From positions 186,001-250,000 of IMG/VR virus record IMGVR_UViG_3300036781_000418: a DNA stretch of 64,000 nt; one strand, written 5' to 3'. The notes below the pieces were generated by a model, which did no database searches, was not told the DNA's origin, and saw nothing but the letters and a program-made list of their open reading frames with translations. Numbering within the stretch: position 1 is the first letter of the stretch; each line of letters starts with the position of its first letter. The position numbers and the translations under genes were made by a program. Shown here in pieces: positions 10,417 through 18,077 of this stretch.

Positions 10417-10617
10417 ATGATCGTCCTTCTCATCGTCACCAAGCACGTCACCAAAGCCGGTGATGTGGCCGGCATGAACTGCCTTGTTCATGAGACGGAT
10501 CCGTACACCGCCAACATGATGAAGGCTGGCGCGCAAGAGCACAACCGCGGCAAGCCAGGCGTTGTCCGAAGCGAAATGACGACTGTGGAGATCATTGAGC
10601 TCGCCAACACCAACTAG
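10417..10617 (+). CDS. hypothetical protein
   Basis: GGAG RBS before ATG 10417. Confidence 0.55.
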   Translation: MIVLLIVTKHVTKAGDVAGMNCLVHETDPYTANMMKAGAQEHNRGKPGVVRSEMTTVEIIELANTN

Positions 10618-10743
10618 GAGTTGCTCCATGGACCAGAAGTTCGACGACTTGGACGCCGCGTTTCTCACGGCCTGCATCATGTACATCGTGCTGTTTGCGT
10701 TCTGGTGCATTGACACGGACAAGCTGAAAGATCGGATTAAGAG

Positions 10744-10989
10744 ATGGCTGAAAAGATGACCGCACAGCAGATCATTGCGGTGTTGCTGATGAACCAGGGC
10801 ATGGCCCTGCACAACGCCTCCAGCGTGATCGGTGCGAGCGAGATTTTCGAACTTGAGCGACGTGACCTGGCCTACCGTTCGGTCACGTCGCAGACCTGGC
10901 ACTACTCCAAGCTCACGCACTCCGGCGTTGAGCTCGCCCGGAAATTCCTGAACACCGAGCTGCCGAAACGCATCGGTGCACCCGAGTAG
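10744..10989 (+). CDS. hypothetical protein
   Basis: ORF in a co-directional gene run. Confidence 0.5.
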   Translation: MAEKMTAQQIIAVLLMNQGMALHNASSVIGASEIFELERRDLAYRSVTSQTWHYSKLTHSGVELARKFLNTELPKRIGAPE

Positions 10990-11071
10990 GCACCGTTGTA
11001 GGGCGCCTCACGTTATATGATCGAATGCAACCGACGACGCCTCGTGTCGCCGAAACTATGAGGTCGATGAG

Positions 11072-11344
11072 ATGAATACCGCGTTCACCAAGCTGTTCTT
11101 CCTTCACAACTCCGGCGTTCTGCCGGCCCCGACTCCTGAACAGACGGCCAGCGACTACTTCAAGTCGCTGATGAACGTGGAGATCATCCAGGCAACTGGC
11201 GAGAAGAAGGTGATTGGTGAAGCCTACGGCTACCATGAGCTCATGGACTTCTCGAAGCGGCTGATCCTCATCACGCGCATCGACACCGCGGACATGGACG
11301 AACTCCGCGGTATCCTCAAGGAAGTTATCAAGGAACTGACATGA
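11072..11344 (+). CDS. hypothetical protein
   Basis: ORF with ATGA coupling to the next gene. Confidence 0.6.
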   Translation: MNTAFTKLFFLHNSGVLPAPTPEQTASDYFKSLMNVEIIQATGEKKVIGEAYGYHELMDFSKRLILITRIDTADMDELRGILKEVIKELT

Positions 11345-12015
11345 TCTTCAAACCTCGTCCAACGTATGAACTGACCTACCACAAGCCCAACGTGGCCAGG
11401 CTGATCCGAGTCCGTAACTTTCTGGCACAGGTGCCGTTTGAACAGCTCAGCCTGTCAAACTGGGTCGTCGCTGACGGCATGTTAAACGTGGTGCCCAACA
11501 AGAAGCAGCAGATCGGCAACGTCATTGTCGAGGCCGAATGCGGCACGATCGCCTGCGCCGTCGGCTGGGCGTGCGCCGCACCGGAGAACATCGCCGAGGG
11601 GCTGTTCATGAACTACAAGACGGGAGATTATGCTGGCGCGCCAGCATACGTGGTGGATAAACAGATGTGGCTTGGTTGGGAGGCCATTGAGCAGTTCTTT
11701 GACCTTGATCCGATGCAAGCCCGCCTCTTGTTCTACAGTCGTCGCTACCATGGCTTCCTCATGACGACTGAGTCGGACGCTCGCTACGTCGACTTGGAAA
11801 CCCATGAGCTGTGGCATGACCCATTGCGGCGCGGCATCGCGCACACTGACAAGAACTTCATGCCGGCCGTCGTCTTTTTGCAGGACACGTTCAGTATACC
11901 AGCCTTGCATCAAGGCGTTATCAGCGACCATGAGCTGGTCATGAAGCGCCTTGATCGCTTCATCAGCCTGTTCGAGGAACCAAAGCGTGGCCTGATCATC
12001 TCCTCGGAGGACTGA
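11341..12015 (+). CDS. hypothetical phage protein
   Basis: CGTIACAVGWA Cys motif; coupled on both sides. Confidence 0.65.
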   Translation: MIFKPRPTYELTYHKPNVARLIRVRNFLAQVPFEQLSLSNWVVADGMLNVVPNKKQQIGNVIVEAECGTIACAVGWACAAPENIAEGLFMNYKTGDYAGAPAYVVDKQMWLGWEAIEQFFDLDPMQARLLFYSRRYHGFLMTTESDARYVDLETHELWHDPLRRGIAHTDKNFMPAVVFLQDTFSIPALHQGVISDHELVMKRLDRFISLFEEPKRGLIISSED

Positions 12016-12172
12016 TGAAGCGCGTCGTTCAAGTCTTGCTAATCTGCGGCTTGGCCACGGTGGGCACGCTCATCCACACCGTGTTGCTGTTGAATCCACT
12101 GTGGTTCAGGCGGGCGCTGCTGAACCGGTTCTACTGTTCCAACTGGAGCATGCTCACCGTCCTGCCACCGCT

Positions 12173-12574
12173 ATGACCTGGGCTCGACGTCACCACAACG
12201 GCTACGAGTGCTCGTCCAAGGGCGACCGCCGGTTCTCGGCCTTCTACGCGAAGCTGCCTGACGGCCGCTCGATCGAGGAAGCCTACCAGCTCGACGTCAA
12301 GGGTTACCGCGCCAAGGGCGACGACGCGAAGCTTGGCAAGGGTAAGCCGCCTTTGAACGGCAAGTCGCGTGAGGTGCTCTGGGAAGAGTACCTCGCCCTC
12401 TGGAAGGTGTGGGCTGAGCATCACCTGAACGACTTGGTCGACCTTTGCATGCTCCAGCGAGTTCACGTGCTGACTGATCAGTTCGCGACCTCGTCAATCA
12501 ACCAAGCTCGCGCCCTGGACTTCATCTGTGAAGAGGTCTGGGCCGCGGTGAACAATGAACCTTTTACCCTATGA
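12173..12574 (+). CDS. phage protein, possibly NADAR-like fold
   Basis: YECSSKGDRRFSAFYA..IEEAYQLDVKG..LTDQFA..INQARAL; ATG 12173 overlaps the stop of a 53 aa ORF at 12015-12176. Confidence 0.5.
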   Translation: MTWARRHHNGYECSSKGDRRFSAFYAKLPDGRSIEEAYQLDVKGYRAKGDDAKLGKGKPPLNGKSREVLWEEYLALWKVWAEHHLNDLVDLCMLQRVHVLTDQFATSSINQARALDFICEEVWAAVNNEPFTL

Positions 12575-12861
12575 ACACGCTCTCAACGTTGATCTTTGGC
12601 GACGCTCGACTTGAACTTGACGTCATTGAGTCGCTTGACAGTCGAGTTTTCTCAAGAATGTGCGACCACAGCGGCCGCACCGTGGTCACGTTATCCTGCA
12701 AAGGGCTGGGTGCCGGTCATTACTTTGTGGACGGTGACGTGCTGTCCACCAGCGTCACGCTACACAAGCTCCACAACGACAACTTGGTGTTTCCGTCAGG
12801 TAAGATTCTGACCTCGTACAGCCTCGAAGGCACGGTTAAAGAGGTCAAACTGCGTAAATAG
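12571..12861 (+). CDS. hypothetical protein
   Basis: ATGA-coupled ORF. Confidence 0.5.
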   Translation: MNTLSTLIFGDARLELDVIESLDSRVFSRMCDHSGRTVVTLSCKGLGAGHYFVDGDVLSTSVTLHKLHNDNLVFPSGKILTSYSLEGTVKEVKLRK

Positions 12862-12911
12862 ATCCTGACTAACTTGGTGTACGCGTAGCGTCGCCGAGTT
12901 AGAATGTACCT

Positions 12912-13205
12912 ACCATGTCGAAAGACACGGTGATTGTCGTAATTCGGCTTGAGTTGATGAGGGTAACACGGGGGTTCAACTCCCCCCAGCTCCACCAAAA
13001 GGGTTTACTGGAATCTTTCTGATGGGGCTGAACGGGTAATCGACTACGCTACTGAAATGATAGACGCGACATGCAAGGCGATCTGCACCGATGATGTTTG
13101 TCGGAAAGAAGCAAAATCTTTAAATGCTAACAACAGCGTTTACGCTCTCGCCGCTTAAAAACCGTGCGCAGCTGGGGCCGATCGCCTTATAATCCAAAGA
13201 TCACT
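12912..13205 (+). ncRNA. ssrA: circularly permuted (two-piece) tmRNA, tag ANNSVYALAA*
   Basis: T-arm plus CAGCTCCACCA (ends 12997) lies upstream of the GGGGCTG 5' end (13024); G3-U70 pair; resume codon GCT at 13126 after TAAAT; TAA at 13156-13158; outer ends approximate. Confidence 0.92.
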
Positions 13206-13229
13206 CAAGGGGCTTCGGCCCCTTGTTTT
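13206..13229 (+). terminator. intrinsic terminator of tmRNA
   Basis: CAAGGGGC-TTCG-GCCCCTTG-TTTT. Confidence 0.85.
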
Positions 13230-13303
13230 ATGCCCAGACCCAAACAATCTGTTGGCGTAAAACCGTAAATAGTCTATGATGCCTCCATTGGTCGAGGCAC
13301 CCC

Positions 13304-13732
13304 ATGTTTATCAAAGTCGCGCTAGCAGCTCTTACCTTCAGCTCCCTTGCGGTCGCGAGTCTCGTGACGCAACCTGAAGACAACTACCTTTCCGTCGCCA
13401 AGTCGCCGGACCTGGAGTTCACGATTGATAAACGAACGATGGTGGTCGACGTCGAGACCACCTCCTTCGAGTTCGACCTCCACACCAAGTTCGCTCATCC
13501 GATCGAGTACAAGGGTAAGGGTGCGACGGAGGTCGTTGAGCGGACGCTCGTAATGTGTCACGAGCAGGCCATGGTCACGTTGAAGCAGCGAGTCCTGGAC
13601 GAAGACGGCGGTCTGATCGACCAGCGTGACACCTCCAAAATTTACCCGTACGCCAAGCCCGGGTTTCACCGTCAACTCCTGCAGTTCTTCTGCGCCCCTG
13701 CGGAAAAGCGTAAGCCGGACACCACCGTCTGA
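13304..13732 (+). CDS. secreted/periplasmic hypothetical protein
   Basis: N-terminal signal peptide; TAAATA at 13266; GAGG RBS. Confidence 0.65.
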   Translation: MFIKVALAALTFSSLAVASLVTQPEDNYLSVAKSPDLEFTIDKRTMVVDVETTSFEFDLHTKFAHPIEYKGKGATEVVERTLVMCHEQAMVTLKQRVLDEDGGLIDQRDTSKIYPYAKPGFHRQLLQFFCAPAEKRKPDTTV

Positions 13733-13792
13733 ACCTGAACTTTACACTTACCGTTGTCACCGTTACATGACGATGTGTTAAGATGCCGATAC

Positions 13793-13869
13793 GACTCCAT
13801 AGCTCAGTTGGTTAGAGCAGCGGCCTTCAAAGCCGCCGGTCCTCGGTTCGAGCCCGAGTGGAGCCACCA
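13793..13869 (+). tRNA. tRNA with UCA anticodon (opal-reading), copy 1
   Basis: GACTCCA/TGGAGCC-ACCA acceptor; anticodon arm GCGGC-CTTCAAA-GCCGC; canonical D and T arms; short variable loop. Confidence 0.88.
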
Positions 13870-13928
13870 AATGTCGTCGTCCGTGGATGCGACGGATCAG
13901 GAGCTGTTGGCCTGAACTTTAGTCCATT

Positions 13929-14005
13929 GCGCCCATAGCTCAGCGGTCCAGAGCAACTTGCTTCAAACTTGTTGGTCCTCGGTTCGAATCCGAGTGGGCG
14001 CACCA
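13929..14005 (+). tRNA. tRNA with UCA anticodon (opal-reading), copy 2
   Basis: GCGCCCA/TGGGCGC-ACCA; anticodon arm ACTTG-CTTCAAA-CTTGT with two U-U mismatches. Confidence 0.78.
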
Positions 14006-14025
14006 TCAACCTAACGAGGCTTGCC

Positions 14026-14481
14026 ATGCTACCCGCCGTCTGCGTGCTTATCCAGCACCACCAAGACAAGGACTTCTACATCGCCGTCTCGCGTCGCGAC
14101 GACCCCTCCCACTGGGGGCTGCCTGGCGGCAAGGACGACGATGAACACGAGTCGAACATTGAAGCCGCCCAGCGTGAGTGCAACGAGGAGATCGGCATCC
14201 TCGCCGCCCTAACGTCCTTCGAGCCCATGTACGTGGGACTTTGTCCGGGTGACGTGAACTTCTGGGTGACCACCTACGCGTTCATGGACCCTGAGCCGAT
14301 CCACTTCGACGAGCTCGTGGCCGAGAAAGGCCTGGTCGTCGAGTGGAAGTCCGAGCAAGACCTCTGTGATCCGAAGTTGACGCCCTTCGCGGCCTACAAC
14401 GTCGAGGTCTTCAAGTCGCTCCGCAACCGTTGGCCAAGTGGCGTGATTCCAGTTCCTGGTGTCTCCTACTTCAAGGGCTGA
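14026..14481 (+). CDS. Nudix hydrolase
   Basis: WGLPGGK..ESNIEAAQRECNEEIG Nudix box; GAGG RBS before ATG 14026. Confidence 0.85.
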   Translation: MLPAVCVLIQHHQDKDFYIAVSRRDDPSHWGLPGGKDDDEHESNIEAAQRECNEEIGILAALTSFEPMYVGLCPGDVNFWVTTYAFMDPEPIHFDELVAEKGLVVEWKSEQDLCDPKLTPFAAYNVEVFKSLRNRWPSGVIPVPGVSYFKG

Positions 14482-14659
14482 CCATGCGCTGGGTCTACCT
14501 TATCCTGGTGGCGGCGGTGATCATCGCGATCGTCTCAATCACGGGACTCTGCTACTCCTTCGACGACCACAACTACCGCCTGGCCGGCGCGTCGTGCATT
14601 GGGTTGTTCGCGTCGTGGATGGCGATCATCGTCTTCTTTGTCAAGCTAAAGGACTAACC

Positions 14660-15028
14660 ATGCAACGCCTCAAGCTCTTTTTCAAGAAGTGGGGTCTTCG
14701 CGGCCAGCTGCAGACGATCGACGAGCAGGTTGAACGGCTCAAGGATAACTTGATCGAGCTTGAGCGGACGCTCACCTTGCTCCAGGCCGCCGAGACTGGA
14801 ATTGAGCCAGGCCCAGACGCCCCCGCCGCGCTCATGCGCGTGCAGTACCACATTGTTCAGGTGACCGACGCCATGAAGCGCAGCACGAGTCACCTCACTG
14901 AGTTCAAGCGGTTGCAGGCCATGCTTGAAGGGCTGCTGGCCGCCATGGACCTTGATCGCTTAGTCAACCAGAGCAACAGGTTGTCGGGGCCGACGATTGA
15001 TCGTATAATGGCCTCGTCAGATCGCTAA
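14660..15028 (+). CDS. hypothetical coiled-coil protein
   Basis: AAGGA RBS before ATG 14660. Confidence 0.6.
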   Translation: MQRLKLFFKKWGLRGQLQTIDEQVERLKDNLIELERTLTLLQAAETGIEPGPDAPAALMRVQYHIVQVTDAMKRSTSHLTEFKRLQAMLEGLLAAMDLDRLVNQSNRLSGPTIDRIMASSDR

Positions 15029-15057
15029 ATAGTTCCATCAACCCACTGGAGAATACC

Positions 15058-15411
15058 ATGGAATCGTGAGTCACTCAAAAGCACTACCTCTACACCATCT
15101 CCCGCCGCGACCTCCCACTCGCGCAACAGGCTGTCCAAGCTGCTCACGCGGCGATTGAACACGCCTACCAGTACGGCCGATCTCCCGATCACCACCCGTC
15201 GTACATTCACCTCACCGTTCGAAACCAGCACGAGCTGATCAAGCTCAAGGCGCGCCTGCACCTCAACGAGGTCGACACCGCCGAGTTCCACGAGCCCTAC
15301 CTTGATTGGGGACTCACGGCCATCTCTTGCCTCGTCACCGAACAACAACGTCACCTCACTAAAGGGCTCCAACTCTGGCGCCTTCCCACTCAGGAGAATC
15401 ACCATGAATGA
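15058..15411 (+). CDS. Pth2-like peptidyl-tRNA hydrolase with in-frame TGA at codon 4 (putative readthrough); absent from the ORF track
   Basis: GGAGA RBS; MES*VTQKHYLYTISRRDLPLAQQAVQAAHAAIEH...EFHEPYLDWGLTAIS..KGLQLW; RxDL..Q..HA and TA motifs of the PTH2 fold; stop overlaps the next start. Confidence 0.8.
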
Positions 15412-15901
15412 AGAACAGAAAGCCAAGCTTGAGCATCATCTTCCGATCCGCATGATCGTGCGCCTGCAAGATGGCAAGGTCCAAGGTCTGACGGAGGAAT
15501 CGTTCAGCATGAACTGGAGCGACAGCCGTGTGAACGTGTTCTGGTCGGGCAAGGCGTACAGCATGCTTGGTGAACATCAGCTGAATGGCGTGAAGTCTGC
15601 TGAACATAACAGTAAGCCTAACGATCCAAATGAGTTGATCATTGATCCTCTGGCTGAAGATTCACCGATTGAAGTAGACTGGGATAAGTGGCTCTCCGCT
15701 ACCAACAAGTACGACAAGCGAAACGCACCCTTCGTAGTGAAGTCACATGGCACTTGGCAGCTTCGCGCTATTTCAGCCGAAAGACAGGTTGCCAAACACA
15801 AGACCTTGGCGGAACAGTACCAGGCATACTACCAAGAAGAGGCTGACAAAGTCAACAAGATCAACGCAATACTAAACCCGCCAGAGGAGACCGAAGAATG
15901 A
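15404..15901 (+). CDS. hypothetical protein
   Basis: AGGAG RBS before ATG 15404 (MNEEQK). Confidence 0.7.
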   Translation: MNEEQKAKLEHHLPIRMIVRLQDGKVQGLTEESFSMNWSDSRVNVFWSGKAYSMLGEHQLNGVKSAEHNSKPNDPNELIIDPLAEDSPIEVDWDKWLSATNKYDKRNAPFVVKSHGTWQLRAISAERQVAKHKTLAEQYQAYYQEEADKVNKINAILNPPEETEE

Positions 15902-16509
15902 AGATCACCTACACCCCAAACCCGCTGAACACCGTCATCGAACTTGACGCCCATGAGCAGGAGCTGTTCAAGCTGAAGTTGAGGATCGAAGAGTACGAGA
16001 ACATGATGTTCAACGCCCACTGGAACTTGACTCGCTCGTCTGAGTACCTGGCCACCTTGCCGCGGATGAAGACGCTTGAGGACGCTCGTGCTGAAGCCAT
16101 CAAGAGGATCGACCCCGAGTACTGGTGCAGCGACGACCGCACCAAGCTGGACGACCGAATCGACGAGCTCTTTGACCACTACCTTGGTGAACTTAGCATG
16201 AACCACAGCGGTGACTGCACCTGCTTTCCGTGCTCCTGCGGTAAGTGTCACGCTGAGGGCATGCTCGGCCTCGACACGACCAAGGGCCTCAGCAAGTACA
16301 TGGCCTCCAAGATCGAACGTGCCTTCTCCTACAAGGACGGCGACGTGTGGAAGCAGCGTACCCTTGAGGAAGTCCTTGAGCGCATGCGCGGCTACGACCC
16401 GAAGATCACCGACGAAGGTGTTGACCCGGGCTGGCTCAAACGCGGTGAGGCTGAGTTCAACTCGTTCCCAAGTGGAAGGAGGAGAACACGCGTGCCCTCG
16501 CCTGGCTAG
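15898..16509 (+). CDS. hypothetical protein with Cys cluster
   Basis: HSGDCTCFPCSCGKCH putative metal-binding motif. Confidence 0.7.
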   Translation: MKITYTPNPLNTVIELDAHEQELFKLKLRIEEYENMMFNAHWNLTRSSEYLATLPRMKTLEDARAEAIKRIDPEYWCSDDRTKLDDRIDELFDHYLGELSMNHSGDCTCFPCSCGKCHAEGMLGLDTTKGLSKYMASKIERAFSYKDGDVWKQRTLEEVLERMRGYDPKITDEGVDPGWLKRGEAEFNSFPSGRRRTRVPSPG

Positions 16510-16540
16510 AGGCGTACGCCAACGAGCACTTCCCTTCACA

Positions 16541-16615
16541 CAGCGCTCACTCGTAGAGGCATTAGCTGACAGATAGTGCGGGTTCACGTTACGGCGACAC
16601 GAGGCGACGCCGGTT
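16541..16615 (+). repeat. ~75 bp intergenic element, inverted copy at 48562-48635
   Basis: CTCGTAGAGGCATTAGCTGACAGATAGTGCGGGTTCA...CGGCGACACGAGGCGACGCCGGT is nearly identical to the reverse complement of 48562-48635. Confidence 0.9.
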
Positions 16616-16702
16616 CAACCCGAAGAAGCAGTACACATAGTTCACCACAACGACCGAACAAATGCAACCGGTCACCAACCGTTAAGCCGAAAGGACCTTA
16701 CT

Positions 16703-17290
16703 ATGACATGGTCGTGAGTCACTCTACCGACCAGCTTTGAAGAGCTGAAGACCGCCATGCAGGCCGGATACCAGACCACGGGTCTGAGCTTCTGGGACCA
16801 TGGGGTGATGGTGAAGGGTTACTTCGAGGACCTGATGGGCCAGCGCACGCTGACCTGGCGGCTGCCTCAGTGGTACCTCACCCATGAGGATAAGATCAAG
16901 GACGCGCTCCGTCCAAGGATGGACCAGCTGACCACGTATCAGCTCTGGCATGACCTTGGCAAGCCGTACTGTCGCACCGTCGACGAGCAAGGTAAAGTAC
17001 ATTACCCTGACCACGCCGACGTCTCAAGTCACATCTGGCGCAAGCTTGGTGGAGATCCATTGATCGCCGACTTGATTGAACGGGACATGCTGTGTCACCA
17101 GCTTCGTCCAGCGGAGGCCCATGAGTTCGCCTCCAACCCCAACGCACTCGCACTGCTGATCACCGCCCTCTGCGAGCTGCACGCCAACGCCTCAATGTTT
17201 GGTGGCTTGGAATCCGAGTCCTTCAAGATCAAGTGGAAGCGACTCGACAAGTGCGGTAACATCATCCTCAACAGTATCTTCAAGGAGTAA
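16703..17290 (+). CDS. HD-domain phosphohydrolase with in-frame TGA at codon 5 (putative readthrough)
   Basis: AAGGA RBS; MTWS*VTLPTSFEELKTAMQAG.. is in frame with the 16757 ORF; DHG...LWHDLGKP..HYPDHA..DMLCH HD motifs. Confidence 0.75.
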
Positions 17291-17295
17291 TCCAA

Positions 17296-17550
17296 ATGAA
17301 CTTCAATTCCCGTGAAACCTACCTCGTCGCCGTAGCTCAGTGGAAGGCCGAATACGCCGCCCACAGCCTGGCTATCCGCCAGCTCAAGCATGACCGCAGC
17401 AACCTGCAACGCGAGGGGAAGGACGTCTACCGTACGTTGGTCGCCATCACCGTCGCGAAGAACCAAGCGACCGAGATGATCAACGAGCGCCTTGCCAGTA
17501 AGGAGGCGGCTCAAGCTCAGTACGAAGAAGCGCGAGTGAAGGCCGCTTAA
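17296..17550 (+). CDS. hypothetical protein
   Basis: AAGGAG RBS; 84 aa. Confidence 0.7.
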   Translation: MNFNSRETYLVAVAQWKAEYAAHSLAIRQLKHDRSNLQREGKDVYRTLVAITVAKNQATEMINERLASKEAAQAQYEEARVKAA

Positions 17551-18077
17551 CTTCGTTTATCGGCGCTGACCATGAAGCTCAGGATCGGTCGTTGGGCTGG
17601 CCCTGAGCTTCCAGCTGGTGCCACTTTTTCACGCCAACCATGCTCAAGCTGCTTGTCAAGCTCGGCCTTCGTGGCGGCGGCCATGTCAATCTTAAACAGA
17701 CCGCCAACCAGCTGGTGCGACCACTTGTTGAACAAGTTAGCTGGAGGTACGAACACGTAGCGCCCAGCGGCGACTAGTGATTCAAGGTACTCATTGATCG
17801 CCTTCTTAGCTCCCTTGAAGCGCAACTCAGCTGGAAGATAGTCTTGTGGGTTGTCATGCTCGTTACCCCAGCCTGCAATGCTGGTCAACTCACAGTCAAA
17901 CATGATGCACTCCCAGAACTCACCATCACCAAGTAGCGAACGTTCGCTCCCGTTGGTGGATGAGCGCTTCAGGTCATAGCGCTCAAGCAGGCGGTGGAGT
18001 GCGATTGATACTTCCTGCCTAACGTAAGGGAGCTGATCGGCTCCACGCTTCTGCATGTGAATTTCGCGTAGCTTCAT
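17547..18077 (-). CDS. hypothetical protein, last gene of the AAA/vWA operon
   Basis: TAATG-coupled to the vWA gene; ADQLPY motif resembles the paralog family at 22729-25806. Confidence 0.65.
   Translation of the reverse strand: MKLREIHMQKRGADQLPYVRQEVSIALHRLLERYDLKRSSTNGSERSLLGDGEFWECIMFDCELTSIAGWGNEHDNPQDYLPAELRFKGAKKAINEYLESLVAAGRYVFVPPANLFNKWSHQLVGGLFKIDMAAATKAELDKQLEHGWREKVAPAGSSGPAQRPILSFMVSADKRS

Noticed and set aside
13793-14005. Selenocysteine tRNAs or genome-wide UGA reassignment
   Set aside because: No long extra arm or 8/5 fold. Many genes end at TGA with ATGA or TGATG coupling, and the long conserved enzymes have no internal TGA.
16541-16615. Hammerhead or CRISPR repeat in the 75-bp element
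   Set aside because: CTGACAGA does not fit CUGANGA and GAAA is missing; copies are dispersed, with no repeat-spacer periodicity.
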